This document shows, piece by piece, positions 10,225-19,147 of a stretch of DNA of 38,018 nucleotides. Both the position numbers and the translations under genes were made by a program. The stretch's first letter is position 1. Every line of letters begins with the position of its first letter. Source of the stretch: Candidatus Poseidoniia archaeon (GTDB taxonomy: Archaea > Thermoplasmatota > Poseidoniia > MGIII > CG-Epi1); the NCBI GenBank assembly GCA_029941645.1, contig JAPYSZ010000003.1, positions 1 through 38,018 of the forward strand, written 5' to 3'. Under the pieces are notes generated by a model. That model searched no databases. It had not been told where the DNA came from and saw nothing but the letters and a program-made list of their open reading frames with translations.

Positions 10225-11352
10225 ATGGGATTGCTGATTATTGCCATAGACAGGGATAACGATTTGGGTCGAAAGACAGGAATCCGTAGTCCTGTAATCG
10301 GAAGAGAAGCTAATATTAAAGCAGCATTGGAATTAGGTTTAGCCGATCCTGAAGAAAGTGATACTAATACAATGTTAGAGGCAATTCGTACTTATGACCA
10401 ATTGTTGGATGATGGTGAAAATGTAGAGGTTGTAACAATCTGTGGAGATATCAGAGTTGGTACTAAATCAGACATGAAGATTGCTAATACATTGGATCAA
10501 GTAATTACTCAAACTAAATCGACTCGGGCAATACTTGTTAGCGATGGTTCCGATGATCTTCAGTTAGAACCAATAATCCGTTCACGTTTACGAATAGATT
10601 CAACACGTATGGTTGTTGTTCAGCAATCAAGACCTATAGAAGATACATTATACACAATCGTTCATAAAATGGAAGATCCTAAAATACAGAGACAATTTAT
10701 TCTTCCTATTGCATTAATCGTGTTTGTGTGGGGTTTAGCAGGTATTTTGGGTTTATCTGAAATAGCTTCAGGGCTTATTTGGGTTATTCTAAGTGGTTAT
10801 CTGTTAGTGAAGGTAGCTGGTTGGGAGGACGAATTCCGAACTTTTTATAATGAATTATTGACAACTAGCGAACGCGTTTCAGTATATTCTTATGTTTGGC
10901 TTATTGCAATTTTGTTATTTATTGTTGGTGTAGCACAGGGAATAGAGCAAATGGATTTGTCAAAAGAGCTTGGAGTTGCAGCAATGGTTCTTGCCTTCTT
11001 GGGTCTGGATGGAATCTTGCCATATCTGTTATCAGCGATAATTTGTATTGAGGTTTCACGAACAATAGATACTTACGTTAGAGAAGGTATTTTCAATATA
11101 AATATTATTAGATTCATATTTACGGTAGTAAGTCTCGGAGTGATTACAGCCGGAATTATAGATATAATGTCAGACGTTGTTGTTAGAACTGATTTGGCAG
11201 CTACTGAAGATCCCGATTATACTCAAGGTATTTGGTTTATTAGTTTAGGTTTGTTAATAGCGTTTATAGGCCGTATAGTTTTTGATATTCTTCGAGAAAG
11301 AATCGCAGAGGGTGATTCCACTTCCGACGAAAAGTTGACTATTGATGAATAG
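10225..11352 (+). CDS. DUF373 family archaeal membrane protein
   Basis: IDRDNDLGRKTGIRSPVIGRE, LADPEESDTN, VSDGSDD, VVQQS followed by several TM helices; TTATATA at 10196-10202. Confidence 0.9.
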   Translation: MGLLIIAIDRDNDLGRKTGIRSPVIGREANIKAALELGLADPEESDTNTMLEAIRTYDQLLDDGENVEVVTICGDIRVGTKSDMKIANTLDQVITQTKSTRAILVSDGSDDLQLEPIIRSRLRIDSTRMVVVQQSRPIEDTLYTIVHKMEDPKIQRQFILPIALIVFVWGLAGILGLSEIASGLIWVILSGYLLVKVAGWEDEFRTFYNELLTTSERVSVYSYVWLIAILLFIVGVAQGIEQMDLSKELGVAAMVLAFLGLDGILPYLLSAIICIEVSRTIDTYVREGIFNINIIRFIFTVVSLGVITAGIIDIMSDVVVRTDLAATEDPDYTQGIWFISLGLLIAFIGRIVFDILRERIAEGDSTSDEKLTIDE

Positions 11353-11358
11353 ACAATT

Positions 11359-11886
11359 ATGGGAACTTGTGAAGTTTTACGAATAGGTCATCGTCCTGAA
11401 AGAGATAAAAGAATAACAACACATGTAGCTTTGACAGCCCGAGCCTTTGGTGCTTGCAAGATTTTTTTGTCAAAGCCAGATAGTCGTATTATTGACACAG
11501 TAGGTAAAGTGACTGAAAAGTTTGGGGGGGATTTTATCATAGAAACTACAACAAATCCTAAAGCAATTGTTAAAAATTGGGTGGGAACAACTATACATCT
11601 GACTATGTTTGGACTTCCCATAGATGATAATTTAGAAGATATTAAGAAATGTAAAGGTCCTTTGTTATTTGTTGTGGGTGCAGAAAAAGTACCTCCTTGG
11701 GTTTTTGAACATTCCGATTTCAATATAGCTATTGGTAGCCAACCCCACTCTGAGGTATCAGCATTGGCAATTGCTTTATCAAAGATCAATGATGTATCTT
11801 ATAGCCAAAATTTTGAGGGTCAATTACAAGTAGTTCCATCAGGTGAACGTCGGAAAATGAAAAATAGAAGTGAAGTTGATTACTAG
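11359..11886 (+). CDS. trm56: tRNA (cytidine(56)-2'-O)-methyltransferase aTrm56
   Basis: LRIGHRPERDKRITTHVALTARAFGA, HLTMFG, VVGAEKVP, QPHSEVSALA. Confidence 0.96.
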   Translation: MGTCEVLRIGHRPERDKRITTHVALTARAFGACKIFLSKPDSRIIDTVGKVTEKFGGDFIIETTTNPKAIVKNWVGTTIHLTMFGLPIDDNLEDIKKCKGPLLFVVGAEKVPPWVFEHSDFNIAIGSQPHSEVSALAIALSKINDVSYSQNFEGQLQVVPSGERRKMKNRSEVDY

Positions 11887-12275
11887 TCGGCTTTTTCTCT
11901 CTTTTTATCTGCCGCCAATGTTATTTCAATAAATGACATCCTAAAAGTTCCTTTTCCATCTTTCTTTGGTACATTTTCAGTTCCTATTTCTACGTTTTTA
12001 ACAACAGTTCCAATATCTTTTTTAAATCTATTTTTGAATTGTTCTGTGATGTTTACAGCATTAGAGATTGATTTCCCCCTTGCTTTTAATTTAACTTCTT
12101 TGATTTCCTCACGATCTAAGTATGACATCATATCAGGGAAGTACATGAATGGATCCTCAGCCCCTATGAATATAGTCCCTACATTACCATCTAACTTCTT
12201 GTTTACTCGAAATCTTCTTTTGTGTGTTTTCTTTGGTTTAGGCTTTTCAGGCTTCTCATTTTTGTTCTTGGCCAC
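11883..12275 (-). CDS. albA: Divergent Alba-family DNA/RNA-binding protein with a basic N-terminal extension
   Basis: Alba core EVKLKARGKSISNAVNITE...VKNVEIGTE...MSFIEITL; GTG start; GATATATAG upstream on the minus strand (12306-12298). Confidence 0.85.
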   Translation of the reverse strand: MAKNKNEKPEKPKPKKTHKRRFRVNKKLDGNVGTIFIGAEDPFMYFPDMMSYLDREEIKEVKLKARGKSISNAVNITEQFKNRFKKDIGTVVKNVEIGTENVPKKDGKGTFRMSFIEITLAADKKREKAD

Positions 12276-12307
12276 TTAGTTTTTCCATTCCACAGTTCTA
12301 TATATCT

Positions 12308-13744
12308 CTAATCGAATGTTTCATTTTGCCATTTTACCTCTATTTTATTGTAGAAGAATATACTGAATAATGCTAAAATACCACATATACAGGATAATGC
12401 TATCAGCACTGTTGAAATACTGTGGCTAATCGCTAGACTTAGGATAGTCATAGCAATCATGGGCGGTACAGAAACCACAAAAAATTTGAGAAAGACTATT
12501 GCATCAAAGAGAGCTGAGTTTGTTCTAAGGCCAGTAGACCATGCAGTATAATTTACAATGTACATTCCAACAGTAATCATTACTATAATACCTATAGGGA
12601 GCAAATATATTTCTGAGCTCATATATGATATTAATGATAAAAATAATAGCGGAATCCACCAAGTTATAGTAAAAAACAGAACTAGCCGGGCTCTGACCAC
12701 ATCTGAAACAGTAACTGGTAATGTTGAATAAAAAGTAGGGCTATCTATCGTGTTTAACCAAGAGTAGATCATAGTCCCAAAAAACCCAACCATGACTCCA
12801 TAGAAAATTGTATTGAAATCAATTTGAATAGGTAGTCCTTTATCTATAAACCAATTCATAAAGGTTAGAATGGCGAGAGGGAATGCAAAAGAAAAAAACA
12901 TTTTTGTTCCGGTCTTACTCCTTTGCAAATCAATTCTTTCCTTTGAGATTATAGTAGGGTTTGAAATTTGTTTGGCCCAGTTAAACTTTCCAATGTATTC
13001 TTTTAATCTGTCTTGATACCCAACAGTCCTTATGGTCCCTTCTTCGTAATAATCCGTCACTAAAATTGTTGCACAAAAAGCAATTATTAAAGGATTAATT
13101 AATGATATAAAAATAAAAATAGGCTCTTTATGCAAATACCATTCTAGTGATGGTGTAATTGCAGTATCTTTAACAGATAACGCATAGATAATTAGTGTCA
13201 CAAGTCCACCACCAACACTAAATCCCCAGGAAAGTCTGTAAAGGCTTGATATTAAATATGCAAAAGATAGGCCAGTTAGGAACGAAAAAGATAAAGAGAT
13301 GCTGAATTCTATTAGGCTAATTAGATTTATCCCGTAAACATAGGATCCTATCAAACCTCCTATGAATGCAGGGATGAGTGTGAAAAAGGAATAGAAGATA
13401 AATTCTTTTACAAAGTATAGGAAGGTAATCTTTCTTTGTGTTATTGGTTGCGTTGTTGGTAGTCCTATGATCAATCCTAAATATCCGAAAATTCTTTCTA
13501 AGAATTCATTTCCAAAAAAAGCTAATGATCCTGCAAAAATGCCATAAAATAGAAATCCAAAATGCAGTACTTCTAAATATCCTAAGTATCCCATATCTGT
13601 AATCATTTCATCTGTAAATACAATTGCAAGAAAACCACTTATTGAGACTAATATAGGAAAAGAATAGAATCCTTTTCCACTTGCAAAGCTTGTGTTAAGT
13701 CTTATTTCTTCTTGAAGCATTCTCCATAATATTAGCCTATTCAT
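12308..13744 (-). CDS. Multi-pass membrane protein, probable ABC exporter permease
   Basis: About 12-14 hydrophobic segments; ATGA overlap with the upstream ABC ATPase. Confidence 0.75.
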   Translation of the reverse strand: MNRLILWRMLQEEIRLNTSFASGKGFYSFPILVSISGFLAIVFTDEMITDMGYLGYLEVLHFGFLFYGIFAGSLAFFGNEFLERIFGYLGLIIGLPTTQPITQRKITFLYFVKEFIFYSFFTLIPAFIGGLIGSYVYGINLISLIEFSISLSFSFLTGLSFAYLISSLYRLSWGFSVGGGLVTLIIYALSVKDTAITPSLEWYLHKEPIFIFISLINPLIIAFCATILVTDYYEEGTIRTVGYQDRLKEYIGKFNWAKQISNPTIISKERIDLQRSKTGTKMFFSFAFPLAILTFMNWFIDKGLPIQIDFNTIFYGVMVGFFGTMIYSWLNTIDSPTFYSTLPVTVSDVVRARLVLFFTITWWIPLLFLSLISYMSSEIYLLPIGIIVMITVGMYIVNYTAWSTGLRTNSALFDAIVFLKFFVVSVPPMIAMTILSLAISHSISTVLIALSCICGILALFSIFFYNKIEVKWQNETFD

Positions 13745-14442
13745 TGTATTATTTCATGGAATAATTCTTCTAGGTTCATGTTTTGATCATCCAATTCCTT
13801 TACTTTTATCATAGATTGTATTTCCCCATTGTGGATTATAGCTGCACGATCGCAAAGTCTTTGGGCATTTTCTAACAGATGTGTATTAAGAAAAACAGTC
13901 CCACCTTTGTCAACATACTGAATTAACCAATCTCTTACTTTTGTCTGTACAATTGGATCTAAATTTATGAATGGCTCATCCAAAAACATAAGGTCAGTGT
14001 CAGAAATAAAAGCGGCGGCAAGCATTACTTTTTGTTTTTGACCTCTAGATAAGTTTCGGCACACCCGTCCTTCCATTGCTTCTAGTTCAAAGAAAGTTAT
14101 CCATTCTTCAATATCTGGATTTTCAATTTGTCTTATTGATGCAACCATTTCTAGAACTTCTCTCGGAGTTAGAAAACTAGGCGGAGACTCTTGTTCAGGT
14201 ACGATGGCTATTTTCTTCTTTACATCTATTACGTTATCTTCAATATTCATTCCTAATATTTCTGCCGTACCTTCAGACGACTTAATCTGGCCTGTCAGAA
14301 TCTTTAGTAAGGTTGTTTTTCCAGCTCCATTCGGACCTAGTAATCCAAAAAATTCTCCTTTTTCTATTTCTAGATTTACTTTGTCAAGAGCTAATACATC
14401 CTCATATTTCTTTGATAATTTATTACAAGAGATTACGGCCAT
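13741..14442 (-). CDS. ABC transporter ATP-binding protein (ABC-2/DRI type)
   Basis: Walker A GPNGAGKTT, signature LSRGQKQK, Walker B MFLDEP, H-loop NTH. Confidence 0.96.
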   Translation of the reverse strand: MAVISCNKLSKKYEDVLALDKVNLEIEKGEFFGLLGPNGAGKTTLLKILTGQIKSSEGTAEILGMNIEDNVIDVKKKIAIVPEQESPPSFLTPREVLEMVASIRQIENPDIEEWITFFELEAMEGRVCRNLSRGQKQKVMLAAAFISDTDLMFLDEPFINLDPIVQTKVRDWLIQYVDKGGTVFLNTHLLENAQRLCDRAAIIHNGEIQSMIKVKELDDQNMNLEELFHEIIQ

Positions 14443-14444
14443 TA

Positions 14445-14951
14445 TTATTTGAACATGGACAATATATTCTGAGTTATAGTATTTTCATCTTTTTCGTCTA
14501 CTACTAATTCTTCGTCATCATTTCCAAAAATGGTATTTCTTAAGAGGTACATAGTGGAATTATATCCTAAACTATCTTTACCAATAAGTCTTACTGGCAA
14601 TGGTAGGAGTTCCCAAGTTTTATCTACAAAGCCTTGGTAATTTCCATCGTTAGAGACATAGGATGTACCTTTACTGGCAACTTTTTTCATTGAACTTATT
14701 ACTATTTTTGTAGCTACAGTTATCACAATTTTATCTATAGCCCCTTTAACAACTTTTTCAGTAGTTACTGCAGCTTCAGTAACTTTTTCTGTTGCTATTT
14801 CTCCTATTGCTTTAGCCGAGTCCATCACTTTATCGGTTGCTTCTGATGCCTTTTCTCTTAGTGTATCTATGCTTTTCGCTCCCATTTCAGTTGCTTTTTC
14901 CAATATTCCCTCATAATCTTTCTTTTCTTTATCCTTATCATCATCTGGCAT
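14445..14951 (-). CDS. Hypothetical protein with an Ala/Lys/Glu/Thr-rich amphipathic N-terminal half
   Basis: 168-aa ORF, GGTGA SD upstream, 2-nt gap to the ABC ATPase. Confidence 0.75.
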   Translation of the reverse strand: MPDDDKDKEKKDYEGILEKATEMGAKSIDTLREKASEATDKVMDSAKAIGEIATEKVTEAAVTTEKVVKGAIDKIVITVATKIVISSMKKVASKGTSYVSNDGNYQGFVDKTWELLPLPVRLIGKDSLGYNSTMYLLRNTIFGNDDEELVVDEKDENTITQNILSMFK

Positions 14952-15003
14952 AAACTCCCATCACCAATTCTATTATTAAATGTGTGGCCCAGAGGTATCC
15001 GTA

Positions 15004-15090
15004 GCGGGGGTCGCATAGCCAGGCCAATTGCGCTGGGTTTAGGTCCCAGTCCTTAGTGGTACGTGGGTTCAAATCCCTCCCCCCGCACCA
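15004..15090 (+). tRNA. tRNA-Leu (anticodon TAG), CCA encoded
   Basis: Acceptor GCGGGGG/CCCCCGC-A-CCA; anticodon arm CTGGG-TT-TAG-GT-CCCAG; long variable arm; T-loop TTCAAAT (one U-U mismatch in the T stem); TTATTAAA at 14973-14980 upstream. Confidence 0.96.
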
Positions 15091-15117
15091 TTTATATTCT
15101 TATGATTTTAGTGAGTT

Positions 15118-15237
15118 ATGGTAGATGACACTGAAACTCCCAAAAAGAAAAGGGTTACCAAGGGAGATAAGAAGGCAAAAAAACATTTTAGTAGATACAA
15201 AAAAGGCGGACCTAAGAAGCAGAGAGTCAAATTGTGA
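15118..15237 (+). CDS. Small basic hypothetical protein (39 aa), below the ORF-track cutoff
   Basis: MVDDTETPKKKRVTKGDKKAKKHFSRYKKGGPKKQRVKL*; its TGA overlaps the GTG of the ROK gene (GTGA) and it fills the tRNA-ROK gap. Confidence 0.6.
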   Translation: MVDDTETPKKKRVTKGDKKAKKHFSRYKKGGPKKQRVKL

Positions 15238-16091
15238 TTGGTGGTGCTGAACTTGGAGGGACAAAATGTATTCTTGCTGTAGCTAAGAGTCCTACAGAGA
15301 TTATAGAGAGAAAAATAATATCTACAAAGAGACCTGAATACACACTTGCAGAGATTTTTAAATTTTTCAATAATTTTGAGATAGAAAGTTTAGGAGTCGG
15401 AACTTTCGGTCCAATAAATATCGATAAAAAATCAAAAGAATATGGGCTTTTAGTGTCTGAAAGTAAGGAAGGTTGGCAAGGCGTCAATATATTTTCTGAG
15501 TTTTCAAAAAATATTAATACAAAGATTAGCTTAGACACTGACGTTAATGCAGCAGCTCTTGGAGAATATTTTTATGGTTCAGGTAAGAATTGTGATAATT
15601 TGATATACGTAACAATTGGTACGGGCATAGGTGTTGGGGTTTTGGTAAATGGTAAATCATATACAGGCAATTTTCATCTTGAGGTAGGCCATATACCTAT
15701 ACCCAATCCAGATCAAGTATCAGGCGTATGTAAGATTCATGGAGAATGTTGGGAGGGTTTAGCTAGTGGCCCTGCTTTAGAAAGGAGGTGGAAAATGCAG
15801 GGTTCGGAAATTCCAGAATCCCATATTGCTTGGGAAAAAGAGTCTCAATTAATTGCCTATGGTCTTATTTCAATAGTTGCGAATCATTCTCCAGACAAGA
15901 TAATACTAGGTGGTGGTGTTATGAAACAAAGTCATCTATATTCAAAAATTAGATCTCATTTTAAGAAAATGTGGAATAATTATACTCCATTAGTTGATTT
16001 AACAGATTTGATTTCCAAACCAGGTTTAGGTCCTGATTCAGGTATTATTGGCTCTTTAATTTTAGCAGATGGTGAGCCCGCCCAGATTTGA
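15234..16091 (+). CDS. ROK family sugar kinase, fructokinase-like
   Basis: AELGGTK, GTFGPI, DTDVNAAALGE, YVTIGTGIGVG, Zn site EVGH...CKIHGECWEGLASG, ILGGGVMKQ. Confidence 0.93.
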   Translation: MIGGAELGGTKCILAVAKSPTEIIERKIISTKRPEYTLAEIFKFFNNFEIESLGVGTFGPINIDKKSKEYGLLVSESKEGWQGVNIFSEFSKNINTKISLDTDVNAAALGEYFYGSGKNCDNLIYVTIGTGIGVGVLVNGKSYTGNFHLEVGHIPIPNPDQVSGVCKIHGECWEGLASGPALERRWKMQGSEIPESHIAWEKESQLIAYGLISIVANHSPDKIILGGGVMKQSHLYSKIRSHFKKMWNNYTPLVDLTDLISKPGLGPDSGIIGSLILADGEPAQI

Positions 16092-16145
16092 ACTGGAGTC
16101 TATACCACCCCAAGGTACAAGGATGCCAAACTACCCCACGGGCTC
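16070..16145 (-). tRNA. tRNA-Pro (anticodon GGG), CCA encoded
   Basis: Minus strand GAGCCCG...GTACC-TT-GGG-GT-GGTAT...TCCAG-TTCAAAT-CTGGG-CGGGCTC-A-CCA; 76 nt. Confidence 0.96.
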
Positions 16146-16384
16146 TGCCAAGCAGAACTCTCCTCGAGGGGTTATGAGGTTTTGTTCTTGACTCCATACA
16201 CACTCAATAAACACTGACACTAAGGTGTTGCCGTCATTACACTAACGTGCTCAGGTTGAAGCACTAAATACATTGAATGCGTAAAGAAGAGTGATTGTCA
16301 GTTCCTGATTATCCCTTGAAAACCTACTGTTATGTGCTTGTTCGGGGGTTAATTATTACTTATCTTTACCTATATTTTAAAAAT

Positions 16385-16576
16385 TTAGTCGTAAGGTAAG
16401 AGTTCGTCAATTAAGTCTATATGAGAAACGTAAATCTTTCTGCAGCAGTAGCGTTCTATCCCTAAATCATCCATTACTTTACCAGGATCTTCACCTTTTT
16501 CTCTTCTCTCTACAAATTCTTCATAATGGCCGCCAATAACTTTGTTGCAACTAAAACATCTGACTGGTATTAACAT
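16385..16576 (-). CDS. rpoN: RNA polymerase subunit Rpo10 (N)
   Basis: [10 protein letters not shown]...LGIERYCCR. Confidence 0.97.
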   Translation of the reverse strand: MLIPVRCFSCNKVIGGHYEEFVERREKGEDPGKVMDDLGIERYCCRKIYVSHIDLIDELLPYD

Positions 16577-16583
16577 TTTTTCT

Positions 16584-16985
16584 TCACCTGTATGACTTCT
16601 GCCTCTTTTTACGCGCTCCGCGTCCCATTGGATGCTTAGGTTCTTTACGTCTTGTGTCGTTAACTAATAAAGCTCTATCATAGCTTTGGAAAAGTTTCTG
16701 TAGTTTTTCATCTCCTGACCATTCTACTATTCCTCTGGCGATTGCTGTTCTTGATGCCTCAGCTTGTCCCATGACACCACCGCCCGCTACACTGACATTA
16801 ATATCAATGCGATTTGTGTGTTTGCCTGCTAATTCTAGAGGTTCTTGAATTTTTAGTCTGGCTAATTCAGGTTGGTAAAATTCAACTGGTTTATTATTTA
16901 TTCTAACACGGCCTTTTCCACTTCTAAAAGTAGCTCTAGCAATAGCAGTCTTTCTCTTACCACTGGTATGTATTATTTTAACCAT
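16584..16985 (-). CDS. rps9: 30S ribosomal protein S9 (uS9)
   Basis: [31 protein letters not shown]. Confidence 0.98.
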   Translation of the reverse strand: MVKIIHTSGKRKTAIARATFRSGKGRVRINNKPVEFYQPELARLKIQEPLELAGKHTNRIDINVSVAGGGVMGQAEASRTAIARGIVEWSGDEKLQKLFQSYDRALLVNDTRRKEPKHPMGRGARKKRQKSYR

Positions 16986-17397
16986 TAAATTTAGCTCCTA
17001 AATTTTTGGAAACATCACCTAATCTTATGTATTTTGTAGAATCGTTCATTTTTGCATTCTCAATAGTTTCAGCTTTTTCTTTTTGTAAGGCTAAAGGAGT
17101 TCCAACATCAACTTTTAATCTTTTGAAAGCTTCTCTTCCTTTTGGTTTTTGGTAAGGAATCATTCCTCTTACAGCCCTTTTGAGCATCAAATGAGGCATT
17201 CTTGGATAGTATGGCCCTTTTCTTGGATGGTTTAGGTTTCTTTTGGATATATATTCACCAAATACCATGTCCTTAGATCCCGAAATTACTGCATTTTCTG
17301 CATTAATTATATGAACTTCTTCTCCATTTAATAGACTTTTAGCAACTGAACTTGCTAATCTTCCCATAATACATTCACTGGCATCTATGATTTTCAT
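16978..17397 (-). CDS. rpl13: 50S ribosomal protein L13 (uL13)
   Basis: [36 protein letters not shown]. Confidence 0.97.
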   Translation of the reverse strand: MKIIDASECIMGRLASSVAKSLLNGEEVHIINAENAVISGSKDMVFGEYISKRNLNHPRKGPYYPRMPHLMLKRAVRGMIPYQKPKGREAFKRLKVDVGTPLALQKEKAETIENAKMNDSTKYIRLGDVSKNLGAKFNG

Positions 17398-17768
17398 TAA
17401 CCAACCACCACTATATTTGTTCCTTTTGGAACTGATTTGATTAGTTCATTATATGTTAAACATTTCCCGCCTGCAGACTGTATTTTATCTTTAGCAGAGG
17501 TCGTAAAACTATATGCAGCCACCGTCATTTTTTTCGTAATTATACCAGTTCCCATTAATTTACCAGGGATTATAGCTTTTCCATTTTTGTCAATGTTGTA
17601 TTCTAACTTACTAATATTTACACTGGGCCAGTTACGTGCTGGTCCTTCTAATCTTGTTGCAATGCTCCTCCACAGAGGGGCTTCATTTTTACGGGAAGCT
17701 TCTTTCAAATCTGCTATAGTTTTCACTAGGGTTGAATTGCTCTTTCGATTGATTTGTTTCAGAGACAT
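17397..17768 (-). CDS. rpl18e: 50S ribosomal protein L18e
   Basis: APLWRSIA, VNISKL, IIPGKLMGTG, VAAYSFT..AKDKI..AGG; CTTTATATA upstream on the minus strand at 17818-17810. Confidence 0.96.
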   Translation of the reverse strand: MSLKQINRKSNSTLVKTIADLKEASRKNEAPLWRSIATRLEGPARNWPSVNISKLEYNIDKNGKAIIPGKLMGTGIITKKMTVAAYSFTTSAKDKIQSAGGKCLTYNELIKSVPKGTNIVVVG

Positions 17769-17820
17769 TTTTGCATAGCCAAGCTTAGAGTGGTGGCCAG
17801 ATTGTGGTGTATATAAAGCA

Positions 17821-18426
17821 TTAGTCAGTTTTGATTTCTACTTTTCTACCTATAATAATTAACTTATCTGAGCATAGCAACTGTAAAGCTTTAGGTAATA
17901 TTTCGTGCTCATGTATTAAAATTTTTGCTGAAAGTGAATCTTCAGTTTCTCCATTTTCTACTTCAATTGATGCTTGCATTATAATTGGGCCTGAATCAAT
18001 ACCCTCATCTACTAAATGGGCAGTACAACCACTTATTTTAGCTCCATTATTTATTGTGTCTCTATGTGCATGTGCTCCTGGAAAGGCAGGTAGTAAGGAG
18101 GGGTGGATATTCAGTATTTTGTTACGATATGTTTTTATAAATATAGGAGTAAGTATTCTCATAAATCCAGCTAAAACGACGACTTCTATATTTTTTTCAC
18201 GGAATAAATCAATAACCTTTTGATCAAATTTATCCCTATCCATAGTACTGGAATCAACTACATCAAAATTTATTCCATGTTTTTTTGCTCTTTCTATAGC
18301 ATATGCATCTTTTTTGTTAACAATTAGGTGTACAATTTCAACATCAGGCGTTTCTCCCCTTATGCCTGCATCTATAATGGCTTGAAAATTACTCCCTCTT
18401 CCGGATGCCATCACACCGACTTTCAT
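17821..18426 (-). CDS. purN: Phosphoribosylglycinamide formyltransferase
   Basis: ASGRGSNFQAII, LAGFMRIL, NIHPSLLPAFPG, GCTAHLVDEGIDSGPII. Confidence 0.96.
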   Translation of the reverse strand: MKVGVMASGRGSNFQAIIDAGIRGETPDVEIVHLIVNKKDAYAIERAKKHGINFDVVDSSTMDRDKFDQKVIDLFREKNIEVVVLAGFMRILTPIFIKTYRNKILNIHPSLLPAFPGAHAHRDTINNGAKISGCTAHLVDEGIDSGPIIMQASIEVENGETEDSLSAKILIHEHEILPKALQLLCSDKLIIIGRKVEIKTD

Positions 18427-18450
18427 TTTGTCCCATCTAGGTCGTTTGTT

Positions 18451-19092
18451 TTAATTGTTACTTTTAGTATATTTAACTAAAAATCCATTCCCCATTTTTT
18501 CTATATTATCTAATTTGAGCTCAAGCAGTTCACTGTCATCTATGAATCCCTCACCACCGGCAATAGTGGGGGTGTTTGATCCTCCTATTATTACATTAGA
18601 AACAAATATATTCAGTTCATCAAAAAGCTTATTCTTTAGAAAAGACCAAATAACAGTTTCCCCTCCTTCTACCATTATTTTTTGAATACCTCTTTCACTC
18701 ATTTTTCCAATTAATTTTTCTAAATTTATTTCCTTATTACCACACCTTAGTAGTTCAGCATTCGGTAGTTTTTTTTCTTCGGTTTTATTGCCTATTGCGA
18801 TTATTGTTTTATTTTTTCCGTCCAATACTTTTGCATCTTTTGGCGTTCTGCAATTTGTATCTAATACTATTCTTATGGGCTCTTTTCCCGAAGCATATTT
18901 TGTATTTATGGTTAAGCTAGGATTATCTTCAAGAATAGTTTCAATTCCTACAATAATTGCGTCACAATCACTTCTTAGGGAATGAACTCTCTTGAAATCT
19001 TCTTCATTAGATAAGTTTAGTTTTCGCCTATTGGCAAGAGCTATTTTTCCATCAGCGGAGGCTGCACAATTGAGGATAATTTCTGGATTCAC
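18451..19092 (-). CDS. Riboflavin pyrimidine reductase (stand-alone RibD C-terminal, archaeal Rib7/ArfC type)
   Basis: AASADGKIA, VHSLRSDCDAIIVG..TILEDNPSLT, IMVEGG; no deaminase domain; GTG start. Confidence 0.9.
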   Translation of the reverse strand: MNPEIILNCAASADGKIALANRRKLNLSNEEDFKRVHSLRSDCDAIIVGIETILEDNPSLTINTKYASGKEPIRIVLDTNCRTPKDAKVLDGKNKTIIAIGNKTEEKKLPNAELLRCGNKEINLEKLIGKMSERGIQKIMVEGGETVIWSFLKNKLFDELNIFVSNVIIGGSNTPTIAGGEGFIDDSELLELKLDNIEKMGNGFLVKYTKSNN

Positions 19093-19147
19093 AGGTTTGT
19101 ATTAACACCGAGTTAAAATATAATGGGTATCTACTCAATATTGAGTA

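Noticed and set aside
11883..11886. trm56 and alba share the palindrome CTAG as both stop codons
   Set aside because: A common consequence of genome compaction, with no further signal.
15063..15079. U-U mismatch in the tRNA-Leu T stem as a sign of a pseudogene
   Set aside because: All other arms, the CCA end and an upstream TATA are intact; a single mismatch is tolerated.
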